Numbered from the whole stretch's first letter, positions 37,795 through 48,368 are shown. The stretch is 63,432 bases of DNA, filler included, from a bacterium (GCA_024275095.1; 9 parts of 9 records of this genome joined end to end with filler, not necessarily neighbours in it), one strand, 5' to 3'. Notes: generated by a model not told the origin, from the sequence alone. Program-made: numbers and translations.

Positions 37795-39700
37795 GGCTTA
37801 TTTTATTTTCGGCCTCCTGATAGCAGCATTAATGCTGGGGGGAGTGGGTTGCGCTCCGTCCGTCTACGTGGTGCGTAATGGTGAAAAGCTTGAATATGAA
37901 GAAGCGGCTGCCAGGGCACTAAATGAAGCACTGGATGTTTACAAAACAACGAAAGATTTGAAAAAGACTGTCAGGGCACTTAACCGGGTTTGTAAGGACT
38001 TCCCTGCTTCTTCTCATTGTCCTGAGGCTTTGATTAAACAGATTGTTCTTCTTGCAGAACACAAGTGGTGGAGGTGGGTGGAGAACAGAGCTTCGTATTT
38101 CCTGGAATACTACGGCGAAAGTGAGCAGACTCCGCTGGTAAAGTACTGGCTTCTGCAGTCATATCTTCATCAAGGTAGAATGATAAAAGCCCGAGAAATC
38201 GCGTTGAGGATACCCTTGAACAGACTTCCGGAAGATGCGGCAGCACATCTAAAATTTCTTCGTGCAGAAATTTTTTTTCAAAGTGGCCACTGGGATGCGC
38301 TGTTCAAAGAATGTATTTCTATTTTAAAGAAGGAGAGCCCCTTTAAAGAGGGTTGTCAGGTTCTCATTGACAAAGCACTTTCCATTTTTCCCCCTGACGA
38401 GGTATTGAGATATCAGCGGATATTGCAGAGCATACCCTCCCTCGTGAACAAGCTGATAGATATAGCTGATTCATATGCTTCACAAGGAGATGTGAGTAGA
38501 GCTTTGAAAATCCTTAGAAGGATAAACGTAACCGGAAAACCCGTATTAAAGAAAAAGCTTGAAACCCGGATAAGAGAGCTGGAAGTTGCCTCCGGGAATG
38601 CTTCAGGGAAAATTTTAGGAATGCTTTTGCCCTTAACCGGGGGCATGAGATCGTGGGGCGAACGTGTGCTCAAGGGGTTTCTGTTTGCTTATGCGGGAAT
38701 AAATCTTTCCAGTGATGTCAAGGTTGTTGTAGAAGATGTGGGCACAACCACTGTTTCAGCAGTGAATGCTTTTTATTCCCTGATGAAAGAGGACAAACCA
38801 TCTCTGATTATAGGTCCTGTTTCTGCCGTTGGAGCAAGCGCACTGTTGAGACACTCTCTTGTGTTTCGCATTCCCATTGTTAATATTACGCAGGTTGAAG
38901 GAATTGCCGCAGCAAGCCCCTATGCGTTTCGTTTATATCTAAGTCCCCGGGCGATGGTAGATGCCCTTGTGAGGTATTCGATAAATCAACTACACTTGCA
39001 GCGGTTTGGTATATTTTTTCCGCGTGATGGTTACGGATATTTCATGATGAATATTTTCTGGGATACTGTGGTTGAACACGGTGGCAAGGTTACCATGGCT
39101 AAAAGCTACGACCCTGCACACACTGACGTGCTTGCAGATGTTAAATTGATGGTGGGTACCTATTATATGGACGTGTTTAAAAAAGAGGCCGAAGAAAAAG
39201 GAGAAACACTGCCACCGGACTTTCAACCGCAACCGCAGGTGAACTTTGATGCCCTGTTTGTTCCTGACGTGGCTTCAAAAAGTGCCTTCATTGCTCGTCA
39301 GCTTGCGTATGCAGATGTGCTCGGTGTTCAGTTGCTGGGGACGAACCTGTGGAATAGCCAGAGACTTATTGAACTTGGTGAGAATTTTGTAGAGGGTGCA
39401 ATTTTTGCGGATGGATTCTTTGCCGATTCTCCTTTGCCTGACGTAAAGAATTTTGTTGACGACTTCTACAGTGAGTATGGAGAGAAACCTGACGCTTCTA
39501 TAGTATACGTGTACACGTTTGCCCGCTCCGTTCTCAAGTTCATGGATGAAGGCGAGCGGGATGGCGAAACCATGAGAAGGTATCTTCTTTCTACAGCATT
39601 TGTTGGACCTGCAGGGACTCTTTCCTTTGACGAAAAAGGTGAACTTGTACATCCTGTGTACATTATTGCCGTTGAGGGCGGCCGTTTTGTGGGCAAGTAA
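37757..39700 (+). CDS. Penicillin-binding protein activator LpoA-like lipoprotein (TPR plus type-I periplasmic binding fold)
   Basis: Lipobox GVGC, GMLLPLTG, IIGP, FDALFVPD and LLGTNLWNS. Start uncertain. Confidence 0.75.
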   Translation: MRKIQSGLRTVFEAYFIFGLLIAALMLGGVGCAPSVYVVRNGEKLEYEEAAARALNEALDVYKTTKDLKKTVRALNRVCKDFPASSHCPEALIKQIVLLAEHKWWRWVENRASYFLEYYGESEQTPLVKYWLLQSYLHQGRMIKAREIALRIPLNRLPEDAAAHLKFLRAEIFFQSGHWDALFKECISILKKESPFKEGCQVLIDKALSIFPPDEVLRYQRILQSIPSLVNKLIDIADSYASQGDVSRALKILRRINVTGKPVLKKKLETRIRELEVASGNASGKILGMLLPLTGGMRSWGERVLKGFLFAYAGINLSSDVKVVVEDVGTTTVSAVNAFYSLMKEDKPSLIIGPVSAVGASALLRHSLVFRIPIVNITQVEGIAAASPYAFRLYLSPRAMVDALVRYSINQLHLQRFGIFFPRDGYGYFMMNIFWDTVVEHGGKVTMAKSYDPAHTDVLADVKLMVGTYYMDVFKKEAEEKGETLPPDFQPQPQVNFDALFVPDVASKSAFIARQLAYADVLGVQLLGTNLWNSQRLIELGENFVEGAIFADGFFADSPLPDVKNFVDDFYSEYGEKPDASIVYVYTFARSVLKFMDEGERDGETMRRYLLSTAFVGPAGTLSFDEKGELVHPVYIIAVEGGRFVGK

Positions 39701-39701
39701 A

Positions 39702-40802
39702 ATGGAAAGAGGGTATAAAAGGCACCTTCAGGCGATAGAAATTTACAAACCGGGGAAACCTCTGGATGAGGTGCGTCGAGAGTACGGTCTTGACCGCATT
39801 GTCAAGCTTGCCAGCAATGAAAATCCTTTCGGTCCTTCTCCTCTGGCGGTAGAAGCCATGCGCAAAGCTGCCACGCAGGTGCACATGTATCCAGACGGTC
39901 CATGTACCCAGCTGCGGAGTGCACTTGCGGAAAAGCTGAAACTTCCGGAAGAATGGTTCATTTTTACCAATGGGTCCAACGAACTGATCGAACTTTTATG
40001 TGGTGCATATCTCAGGCGTGGTGAAAAAGCGATTTTACCTCATCCGACTTTCAGTGTTTATTACAATGCGGTGACAGCGCAGGAAGGTGAAAAAGTAATT
40101 GTTCCACTTTGTGAAGATTTTTCCTTTGATGTAAAGGCTATTGTCGACTCGATAGATAGCAATACCCGCATTGTATTTATCTCTAATCCGAACAATCCCA
40201 CTGGAACATACATGAATACAGAGGGAATAAAAGCTATTCTTTCCAAACTACCGGACGAGGGCCTTGTTTTCATGGACGAAGCTTATGCGGAGTTTGTTGA
40301 GGCTTCTGACTATCCCTCGGGATCAGAGCTTCTCAAGAATGATCATAGAATTGTTGTATCTCGAACTTTTTCCAAGGCTTATGGGCTTGCAGGCTTGCGG
40401 ATCGGATACGGTATTGCACGTCCGGAGGTAATAGAAGGACTTGAGCGACTGAGGCAGCCGTTTAACGTGAACGCCATGGCTCAAGCGGCAGCTCTTGCAG
40501 CGCTTCGAGATGAAGAACATTTGAAAAAAACCGTTGAAAATAACCGAACTGAAAAGATAAGGCTTGTAAAAGCGCTTGAAGGTTTAGGACTCCGTCCTGT
40601 TGCGTCACAGGCAAATTTTATTCTTGTTGATACTGGATATTCAGGAGAAGAAATTTTTGCATTGCTTTTGCAGAAGGGGGTGATTGTGCGGTATTTGGGT
40701 CCTGAGCTTCCAACACACATACGTGTAACAATAGGGACTCCTGAAGAGAACGATTTTTTTCTTTCAGCACTTCGTAGTGTTCTCGAGAGTATGGGTACAT
40801 GA
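39702..40802 (+). CDS. hisC: Histidinol-phosphate aminotransferase
   Basis: KLASNENPFGPS, NPNNPTG, DEAY, RTFSKAYGLAGLRIGY and RVTIGT. Confidence 0.96.
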   Translation: MERGYKRHLQAIEIYKPGKPLDEVRREYGLDRIVKLASNENPFGPSPLAVEAMRKAATQVHMYPDGPCTQLRSALAEKLKLPEEWFIFTNGSNELIELLCGAYLRRGEKAILPHPTFSVYYNAVTAQEGEKVIVPLCEDFSFDVKAIVDSIDSNTRIVFISNPNNPTGTYMNTEGIKAILSKLPDEGLVFMDEAYAEFVEASDYPSGSELLKNDHRIVVSRTFSKAYGLAGLRIGYGIARPEVIEGLERLRQPFNVNAMAQAAALAALRDEEHLKKTVENNRTEKIRLVKALEGLGLRPVASQANFILVDTGYSGEEIFALLLQKGVIVRYLGPELPTHIRVTIGTPEENDFFLSALRSVLESMGT

Positions 40803-41665
40803 TGTTCCAGCGCGTGGCCATTATAGGAGTAGGACTGATTGGAGGTTCCTTGGGAGGAGCCATTAAGGAAAGAAAGCTCGCTGAAAGCGTAGTCGGTTGT
40901 GGTAGAACCGCGGCCAACCTGGAGACAGCGGTTCAAAGAGGATTGATAGATACTTATACCACATATTACTCTGAAGCTGTAAAAGACGCTGATCTTGTGG
41001 TACTGGCAACCCCTGTAACATATTACCCTCACGTGGTGAAAGAAATGCAGACATTTTTAAAGCAAGGAACTATTGTTACAGATGTAGGCAGCGTTAAGTC
41101 CCGGGTTATAAAGGAAGTCGTGCCTCTTTTGCCTGATGATGTGGACTTTGTACCTGCCCACCCAGTGGCGGGAACGGAAAAATCGGGAGCGGCTCACGCA
41201 TTCAGCACTCTTTTCGAAGGCAGAAAATGCGTTATTACACCGTGTGAGAAAACTCGTGACGGCCTCGAGAAGGTAAAGGCGCTTTGGGAAGCTGTGGGTA
41301 TGAGCGTGGAGATTATGAGTCCTGAAGTTCACGATGAGGTGATGGCATTTGTCAGCCACCTGCCTCATATGGCAGCGTACGCACTTGTAGATTGCGTTGG
41401 TTCCTTGGATTCGGATGCAAAACCTCTTCTCCGATTTTCGGCCGGAGGATTTCGAGATTTTACAAGAGTGGCTTCCAGTCCAGAAGAGATGTGGAGTGAT
41501 ATATGCTTGTGGAATGCGGAACGTATCGTCCAGGCCATTGATGTATTTTCTCGGCACTTGGGCCGTTTGCGGGAGTTGGTCCAGAATAGTGACAGAGAGG
41601 GACTGCTTGATTTCTTCCGCAATGCACGACTTGTACGCGAAGAGGTGCTGAAAAAGAATGGCTGA
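40799..41665 (+). CDS. tyrA: Prephenate/arogenate dehydrogenase
   Basis: GVGLIGGS, TDVGSVK, HPVAGTE, SHLPH and GGFRDFTR. Confidence 0.95.
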   Translation: MMFQRVAIIGVGLIGGSLGGAIKERKLAESVVGCGRTAANLETAVQRGLIDTYTTYYSEAVKDADLVVLATPVTYYPHVVKEMQTFLKQGTIVTDVGSVKSRVIKEVVPLLPDDVDFVPAHPVAGTEKSGAAHAFSTLFEGRKCVITPCEKTRDGLEKVKALWEAVGMSVEIMSPEVHDEVMAFVSHLPHMAAYALVDCVGSLDSDAKPLLRFSAGGFRDFTRVASSPEEMWSDICLWNAERIVQAIDVFSRHLGRLRELVQNSDREGLLDFFRNARLVREEVLKKNG

Positions 41666-42938
41666 GCTTGTGGTTCAGGGGGGAGGGTATTTCTCAGGAG
41701 AGGCGTTTTTTCCAGGGGACAAATCGTTGGCCCATCGTCTGCTTATTTTCGGAGCAATGGCCGAAGGGACATCCGTATTTTTTAACATGCCTCACTCGAG
41801 AGATGTAAGATCGACAGTTTCTGTGCTCCGCGGTTGCGGCGTTGATATTCGAATAGCCGAGGAAAAAGTGGTGGTTAAAGGGTCAGGCGTTTTTCAGGAA
41901 GCGCCTGATGTGTTGTACTGTGGAAATTCAGGTACAACTGCACGCTTGATGATGGGAGCGCTGGCTGGTGCTACAGGCTATTATGTTCTTAGCGGAGATA
42001 AAAGCCTGAGAAAAAGACCCATGGCTCGAGTAACAAAACCTCTTTCGCAAATGGGTGCCCGTATCAGCGGACGTGAGGGTGCGCGTTATCTTCCTGTATC
42101 AGTAGAAGGACAGCGTCTCAAAGGAAAAGAGTTCAACCTGGCTGTAGCGAGTGCCCAGGTAAAAACAGCCGTTATTATTGCTGGATTAAAGGCATCTGGT
42201 GTTACAAAAATAACGGAACCTTATGTTAGCAGGGATCATACCGAACGTCTTCTTCCCGCGTTTGGTGTGAATATTGACAAACAGGGCCTTACCGTCAGCG
42301 TTGAAGGAGACCAGAGGCTACAGCCATTTGAATATAATGTTCCAGGTGATATCTCGTCTGCGTCTTTTTTTCTTGCAGGAGCAGCGGCGTGCAAAGGCTC
42401 CAGGTTGGTCGTAAAAAACGTGCTTCTCAATTCAACGCGAACAGGTTTTCTGAAAAAGCTGAAAGAGATGGGTGCAGATGTGCGCATTAATGTGCATACG
42501 AGAACTCCCGAACCTGCGGGCGATGTGCTTGTTCAAGGTTCCAGATTGAAAGGAGTGAAAATTCGGCCGGCAGAGGTGCCCTCGCTGATTGATGAGATCC
42601 CTCTTCTTGCGATTCTGGGTGCCGTGGCTGAGGGTGTTACCGAAATTACAGGTGCGGAAGAATTGAGAGTTAAGGAAAGCGACAGGATCAAGTGGACGGT
42701 TCGACTGCTTCGCTCTCTCGGCGCCGAGGTGAAGGAATTACCGGATGGGATGGTGATTGAAGGACCTCAGGAACTGAAAGGGGGCACTCTCATTACGGGA
42801 GGGGACCATCGCATTGCAATGGCTGCTGCAATCGGAGCTGCTGTGGCAACCGGTACATCCCGAATTTTGGGTTTTCAATGTGTGAGTGTCTCGTTCCCGG
42901 AGTTTCCTGATATTTTCAGGCATTTGTATGTAAAGTAA
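41658..42938 (+). CDS. aroA: EPSP synthase
   Basis: PGDKSLAHR, GNSGTT, RPM, SAQVK, RDHTE, RVKESDR and DHRIAMA. Confidence 0.96.
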   Translation: MAELVVQGGGYFSGEAFFPGDKSLAHRLLIFGAMAEGTSVFFNMPHSRDVRSTVSVLRGCGVDIRIAEEKVVVKGSGVFQEAPDVLYCGNSGTTARLMMGALAGATGYYVLSGDKSLRKRPMARVTKPLSQMGARISGREGARYLPVSVEGQRLKGKEFNLAVASAQVKTAVIIAGLKASGVTKITEPYVSRDHTERLLPAFGVNIDKQGLTVSVEGDQRLQPFEYNVPGDISSASFFLAGAAACKGSRLVVKNVLLNSTRTGFLKKLKEMGADVRINVHTRTPEPAGDVLVQGSRLKGVKIRPAEVPSLIDEIPLLAILGAVAEGVTEITGAEELRVKESDRIKWTVRLLRSLGAEVKELPDGMVIEGPQELKGGTLITGGDHRIAMAAAIGAAVATGTSRILGFQCVSVSFPEFPDIFRHLYVK

Positions 42939-42940
42939 TA

Positions 42941-43624
42941 ATGAAGAAGCTGGAAATTGTGACCATTGATGGACCTTCAGGGGCCGGAAAAAGCACGGTA
43001 GGGAAGTTGCTGGCAACTCATCTGGGTTTTACTTATGTGGATACGGGTGCCATGTACAGGTGCGCAGCACTGAAGGCTCTTCGTGCAGGAGTGTCCTATG
43101 ATGATGAGAAAAAGATGAGAGAGTTGCTGGAAAACACGCATATTGAATTTGAGTGGGATGGTGAAAGACTCCGGGTTATTATGGATGGAGAGGACGTCAG
43201 TGAAGAGATCAGGTCGGAAAAGATGGGTATGGAAGCCTCGCGAGTATCCCGTTTTCCCCACGTGCGCGAGTGGATGAAAAATGAGCAGAGGCGGATGGGA
43301 GAAGCAGGAAGTGCAGTGTTCGACGGGAGGGATATGGGCACGGTGGTTTTCCCTGATGCCCGTTATAAATTTTTCCTCACTGCAAGTCTGGAGGAGCGTG
43401 CTCGCAGGCGCTACAGAGAAATGCTGGAGAGAGGTTATAACGTAAGCTTTGAGGAAATATTACGAGAACTTAAAAAACGGGATGTTCAGGATTCTACCCG
43501 AGAAGTGGCACCACTTAAAAAGGCTGATGATGCTATTCTTATCGATACGACAGGCATGCCCGTTGAAAGGGTAAAGGCAGAGATGCTCAGATGGATTGAG
43601 GCAAAGCGGTCGGAAAAAATATAA
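42941..43624 (+). CDS. cmk: Cytidylate kinase
   Basis: IDGPSGAGKST, DTGAMYR and DGRDMGTVVFP. Confidence 0.97.
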   Translation: MKKLEIVTIDGPSGAGKSTVGKLLATHLGFTYVDTGAMYRCAALKALRAGVSYDDEKKMRELLENTHIEFEWDGERLRVIMDGEDVSEEIRSEKMGMEASRVSRFPHVREWMKNEQRRMGEAGSAVFDGRDMGTVVFPDARYKFFLTASLEERARRRYREMLERGYNVSFEEILRELKKRDVQDSTREVAPLKKADDAILIDTTGMPVERVKAEMLRWIEAKRSEKI

Positions 43625-43655
43625 TGTAATCGTAATTTTGCGCAAGAGGAGGGGT

Positions 43656-44507
43656 TTGAAACTCATCGTGGCAAAGAATGCGGGTTTTTGTTTTGGGGTG
43701 GAGCGCGCCATAAAGAGGATTGAGGAAGAAACGCAAAGGGGTGAACCAATTTACACGATAGGTGAAATTATTCACAATCCTCAGACCGTAGAAGCTCTCA
43801 AACAGAAGGGTGTTATCCCGGTAAAAACTCTGGAAGAAGCCGGGGGTAAAGTTGCCATACCCTCGCACGGAGGACAAAAGGGGTTAAGAGAGCGCCTGGA
43901 AAGTGAAGGCATTGATTTTGTTGATGCAACATGTCCCTATGTGAAAAAGATTCAACGATATGTAGAACAACTTTCGCGGGAGGGTTTCTTTATAGTGATG
44001 GTGGGAGATGAGAGGCATCCGGAGGTAAAATCAGCTCTCAGCTATGCACGTGGGCCGTCCAGGGTGATTACAAAGGCAACCGAGCTTCAGGATATAGATT
44101 CACGTACCAAGTTGGTTATACTCGCTCAAACAACGTTGAATCTGGAAACCTTTGCAAATGTGGTTCATGATGTTGTAAAAATCTTTGAACATGTGTACGT
44201 AATCAACACCATTTGTTCTGCCACACGGGAGCGTCAGCAGGAGGCGCGTGAAATTGCCTGGCAGAGTGATTGCGTAATAGTGGTGGGAGGGAAAAACAGC
44301 GCCAATACAAGGCGACTTAAAGAGATTGCTCAGTCCATTCAGCCCAGGACCTATCATGTGGAGTCCCCTGCAGAGATTCAACCTCAATGGTTTGACGGTG
44401 TGCAAACGGTGGGTATTCTGGGGGGGGCATCTACACCCAGGTGGTTAATTGGCGAAGTCGCTGAAATTGTAAGGCGCACAGCGGAGGAGGTTGATCATGG
44501 AGGTTGA
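43656..44507 (+). CDS. ispH: 4-hydroxy-3-methylbut-2-enyl diphosphate reductase
   Basis: AGFCFGV, IIHN, DATCPYV, HPEV, QTT, TICSAT..RQ, NSANT and GASTP. TTG start after a GGAGG SD. Confidence 0.96.
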   Translation: MKLIVAKNAGFCFGVERAIKRIEEETQRGEPIYTIGEIIHNPQTVEALKQKGVIPVKTLEEAGGKVAIPSHGGQKGLRERLESEGIDFVDATCPYVKKIQRYVEQLSREGFFIVMVGDERHPEVKSALSYARGPSRVITKATELQDIDSRTKLVILAQTTLNLETFANVVHDVVKIFEHVYVINTICSATRERQQEAREIAWQSDCVIVVGGKNSANTRRLKEIAQSIQPRTYHVESPAEIQPQWFDGVQTVGILGGASTPRWLIGEVAEIVRRTAEEVDHGG

Positions 44508-46179
44508 AAAGTTCGACGACTCACTTATCGAGGTGCCTGAAGCACCACGCCGGGGTCAGATACTTAAGGGAGCTGTGATCAGCATTACAGCTGATGGGGT
44601 GTATCTGGACATTCAGTTCAAAAGCGAGGGCATGATTCCGGTTTCCGAATTCAGTGAAGAAGAGTTGAAGTCCCTGGAGCCCGGAACCGAGCTCTCCGCT
44701 ATGGTGATGGGATTTGACCGTGATAGCGGACTCGTCCGCCTTTCACGAGAAGAGGCTGAGAAGAATTTGTTGATAGAGGAGATTGCCAGTGCAGCCAGAA
44801 CCGGACGACCTGTTGATGGGGTGGTTACGGAAAAAATCAAGGGAGGTTATCTTGTTCTCCTGCAACAGAAAGGTGTTTCTGCAAAACTGCCTGCTTTTTT
44901 GCCCGCCTCACAGGTTGACCTCCGGCGCAGACAGGTGGATGAAAGCTCCGTGCTTGGAAGGCACATGTCGTTTATTGTTGTTGAACCTGGCTCTAAGAAA
45001 CGCAAACCGGTGGTGTCGCGAGCAGCATATATAGAGAGGAATATCAAACGCCGTATTGAAGAATTTAAGGAATTAATGGGCTCTGATAAGACCGTTAAAG
45101 CGAGAGTTATTTCCATAAAAGACTTTGGAGTGTTTCTCGAAAGTGGAGGGGTAGAAATTTTTGTTAAAAGGGAAGAACTTGCGTGGAAGCGGTTTGATCG
45201 GGTTCAGCAGGTAATTGATTTTGGAGAAGAATACCCTGTCAGGCTTCTGGACTTTGACGAAGAGAAGAGACGTTTTCTCGGGTCTATCAAACAGGCTCTG
45301 CCCGACCCGTGGGAAGAGTTCACAAAGAAATATCGAAAAGGTGATGTTGTGGATGGACGCGTGACGGGCCTTACTGCATTTGGGGCTTTTGTGGAGGTAG
45401 AAGAGGGTATAGAAGGAATGATTCATGTCTCCGAATTGAGCTGGAGCCGGAATATTAAGAAACCTTCCCAGGTCCTCAAAAAAGGCGATCGTGTAAGTGT
45501 TAAAATATTAAAAATTGAAAAAGAAAAAAGGCGGATTTCCCTGAGCCTGCGTCAAACCCTTGAAAATCCATGGGAAGAATTCTTGAAGAAAAATCCTCCT
45601 GGTACTCGGGTCCGTGGAAGGGTTACATACGTGACGTCCTCCAGAGTATTCGTGGATCTGGGAGATAACATAGAGGGCATCGTGAAGAAAGAGGACCTTT
45701 CATGGGACAAGCGTGTTCCTGATCCCGTTGAACTCTACAAGAAGGGTCAGGAGATCGAATGCGTGGTTCTGCGAGGTGAGGCGGAAAATGCCAGAATATT
45801 TCTGGGAATTAAACAGCTTACGGAGGACCCCTGGCAAAAAGTGAACGAGCGTTTTCCTGTGGGTTCTGTGGTAAAAGGTCGTGTAAGTGATGTGAGAAAT
45901 TATGGTGTTTTTGTACGCCTGGACGAGGCGATGGAAGGGCTGTTGCCCAGGCCTGAAGCCATGCTGCCCAAGGATAAAAAAATTGAAGACGTGTTTTCCC
46001 GGGGCCAGGATGTGGAAGCAATTGTTACCGAGATAGATCCCAAGAAACGCCGAATAACCCTGAGTATTCGTCAACTTGAAGAACGGCGCCAGAAGGAAGA
46101 GTTAGAAAAGATTATGGGTACCAGCAAGGGGCTTCCAAAGCTTGGTGACGTGTTTGGACACATTTTAAAAGGAGGCTGA
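44497..46179 (+). CDS. rpsA: 30S ribosomal protein S1
   Basis: Multiple S1 domains (FGAFVE...EGMIHVSELSW, DPW repeats); conserved position after cmk-ispH. Confidence 0.93.
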   Translation: MEVEKFDDSLIEVPEAPRRGQILKGAVISITADGVYLDIQFKSEGMIPVSEFSEEELKSLEPGTELSAMVMGFDRDSGLVRLSREEAEKNLLIEEIASAARTGRPVDGVVTEKIKGGYLVLLQQKGVSAKLPAFLPASQVDLRRRQVDESSVLGRHMSFIVVEPGSKKRKPVVSRAAYIERNIKRRIEEFKELMGSDKTVKARVISIKDFGVFLESGGVEIFVKREELAWKRFDRVQQVIDFGEEYPVRLLDFDEEKRRFLGSIKQALPDPWEEFTKKYRKGDVVDGRVTGLTAFGAFVEVEEGIEGMIHVSELSWSRNIKKPSQVLKKGDRVSVKILKIEKEKRRISLSLRQTLENPWEEFLKKNPPGTRVRGRVTYVTSSRVFVDLGDNIEGIVKKEDLSWDKRVPDPVELYKKGQEIECVVLRGEAENARIFLGIKQLTEDPWQKVNERFPVGSVVKGRVSDVRNYGVFVRLDEAMEGLLPRPEAMLPKDKKIEDVFSRGQDVEAIVTEIDPKKRRITLSIRQLEERRQKEELEKIMGTSKGLPKLGDVFGHILKGG

Positions 46180-46180
46180 C

Positions 46181-47104
46181 ATTAGACAAAAAAAAATCAG
46201 GTATTCTCTTCTCATTTTTTCTGCTCTGGCAGTGGGTTTTTTCATAGGGATTATCTTTTCCGCAATGCGCAATTTCCTGTTTGAGGCCCGGGCTCGAGGT
46301 AAGGCTATCGCCGTCGTTTACATTGAAGGGGTTATCGGAGATTCGGAACGTGTTGTTCGTAAAATCAGGAGAGTTGAAAAAGATGATAATTTCAGAGCAC
46401 TTGTGCTTCGTATTAATTCTCCGGGAGGACTCGTCGCACCAACGTGGGAGATATACACCGCTATAAGGGAGCTTCGAGAAATAAAACCTGTTGTTGCTTC
46501 TATTGAAACAATTGGGACGAGCGGTGGATATTATGTGGCTTCAGCTGCTGATAAGATCATTGTTACTCCCGGTACCATTACCGGAAGTATTGGGGTTATT
46601 ATCCGGACGCTCAACCTCAAGAAAATTTTCGACAGGCTCGGTGTAAAAAATGTGGTCATTAAATCCGGGAAGATGAAAGACACGCTTGCCTCATACAGGG
46701 AAATGACACCCGAAGAGAAGAGGTACCTTCGAAAAATTGTTCACCAGATGTACGAACGATTTCTTAAAGACGTGGCTGTAGGGAGAGGAATGAATGTACG
46801 CGATATAAAGCCCTATGCTGATGGACGTGTGATCACCGGTGAAGATGCGGTACGGATTGGTCTGGTGGATGAGATCGGGACATTTCGAGATGCTGTTGAA
46901 GAGGCGAAGCGACTTGCGGGCTTGAAGGAGGAAGTTCCTGTAATTCCTCTGGTTGAAAGGCCTTCATTTGTTCAACGATTATTGCACAGTTTGTCTGGAA
47001 AAACGCTGGAAGACGTGATAAACGTAATTTCCACAGGAGGTATGCCGGGGCGTTATTTTGCCTATTTAAGCCCTGAATTTATTATTGGTGGAGGAGGACG
47101 ATGA
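46181..47104 (+). CDS. sppA: Signal peptide peptidase SppA (36K type), probable ATT start
   Basis: RINSPGG, SGGYYVAS, TGSIGV, KSGKMKD, DGRV and GLVDEIG. Start reasoning is given in the findings; the first canonical start is GTG 46232. Confidence 0.9.
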   Translation: MRQKKIRYSLLIFSALAVGFFIGIIFSAMRNFLFEARARGKAIAVVYIEGVIGDSERVVRKIRRVEKDDNFRALVLRINSPGGLVAPTWEIYTAIRELREIKPVVASIETIGTSGGYYVASAADKIIVTPGTITGSIGVIIRTLNLKKIFDRLGVKNVVIKSGKMKDTLASYREMTPEEKRYLRKIVHQMYERFLKDVAVGRGMNVRDIKPYADGRVITGEDAVRIGLVDEIGTFRDAVEEAKRLAGLKEEVPVIPLVERPSFVQRLLHSLSGKTLEDVINVISTGGMPGRYFAYLSPEFIIGGGGR

Positions 47105-47382
47105 CGAAACGAGAATTTGTCAATTATCTCTCAGAAAAATACCCTCAAATTACTAGAAAAGATATGGAACTCGTGGTTAATACCATACTCGATGCGATGA
47201 TTGAAGCGTTTGAGCGTGAAGAGCGCATTGATATCCGGGATTTTGGCAATTTTGTTGTCAAACGCAGACGTCCGAGAAAGGCACGAAACCCGCGGACTGG
47301 AGCGGAGGTGGATTTGCCCGAAAGACGAAAGGTCCATTTTAAAGTGGGAAAAGGTTTATTCAGGATGCTCAACGAGAAATAG
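47101..47382 (+). CDS. ihfB: Integration host factor beta / HU-family DNA-binding protein
   Basis: MTK.E, IRDFGNF, ARNPRTG and HFKVGK; position after rpsA-sppA. Confidence 0.88.
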   Translation: MTKREFVNYLSEKYPQITRKDMELVVNTILDAMIEAFEREERIDIRDFGNFVVKRRRPRKARNPRTGAEVDLPERRKVHFKVGKGLFRMLNEK

Positions 47383-47384
47383 TT

Positions 47385-47876
47385 ATGACTGTCATTGGTG
47401 TGATTTCAGATACACACCTGAATTCTCCAGATTCCAGATTCAAGGAATGCGTGGAAAGATGTTTCAAGAAAGTGGATCTCATTGTTCATTGTGGAGACGT
47501 GACATCTCTCTCGATCATTGAGTATCTTAAACGGTTTGCTCCTGTTCATGCTGTTCATGGAAACATGGACCCTCCCGATGTAGCAGAGGAATTGCCTGAA
47601 AAGATGGTGGTTGAGGTAGAAGAAGCGCGAATTGGAATAGTGCACGGATGGGGAGCTCCTCTGGGGATTGTCGGGAGAGTATTAAAAGTTTTTAGTGGAG
47701 AGAACGTTCATGCAATATTTTTCGGTCATTCCCACGTGGCGTGTAAGGAAGTAAAGGATGGGGTTTTTATGTTCAACCCCGGCCCATTTGCACGGGGATG
47801 GTTTTCCAAGAAGACATCCATTGGTATTGTAAAGGTGGAGGGCAGGAATTTTTCAGGAGAACACGTAGAGGTGTAA
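47385..47876 (+). CDS. YfcE-family metallophosphoesterase
   Basis: ISDTH, HCGD, GNMD, HG, GHSH and NPG. Confidence 0.92.
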   Translation: MTVIGVISDTHLNSPDSRFKECVERCFKKVDLIVHCGDVTSLSIIEYLKRFAPVHAVHGNMDPPDVAEELPEKMVVEVEEARIGIVHGWGAPLGIVGRVLKVFSGENVHAIFFGHSHVACKEVKDGVFMFNPGPFARGWFSKKTSIGIVKVEGRNFSGEHVEV

Positions 47877-47879
47877 TGT

Positions 47880-48368
47880 ATGGAAAGATTGTGGGCTCCG
47901 TGGCGAATGGAATATATTGAAAGTGGAGACAAAAAAGATACGTGTATTTTATGTGATAAACTTGAGGAAAAAGATGGAACGGGTAATCTCGTGTTGAAGA
48001 GAAGCGAGTATTCCTTTGTGATTATGAATAAATTTCCATACAATCCCGGGCACCTGATGGTGTGTCCGTTAAGACACATTGCAAACGTTGAAGAACTCAC
48101 ACCCGAAGAGATGAGTGATTTGTTTCAACAGATTCAAGTTTCTGTTAAAGTGATTAAAAGAGTGCTTGCACCTCACGGATACAATCTTGGACTCAATGCA
48201 GGCCGTGTGGCGGGTGCAGGAGTTGACCAGCATCTGCATTTTCACATTGTACCTCGATGGAATGGGGATACTAACTTCATGCCTGTGCTGGCAGATGTGA
48301 AGGTGATTCCGGAACATTTGATGAGAACCTACAAAAAACTCAAAGCTGCTTTTCAGGAACTTTCCTGA
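47880..48368 (+). CDS. HIT-family hydrolase (Ap4A phosphorylase-like)
   Basis: LWAPWRMEYI, NKFPYNPGHLM and HLHFHIVPRWNGD. Confidence 0.93.
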   Translation: MERLWAPWRMEYIESGDKKDTCILCDKLEEKDGTGNLVLKRSEYSFVIMNKFPYNPGHLMVCPLRHIANVEELTPEEMSDLFQQIQVSVKVIKRVLAPHGYNLGLNAGRVAGAGVDQHLHFHIVPRWNGDTNFMPVLADVKVIPEHLMRTYKKLKAAFQELS

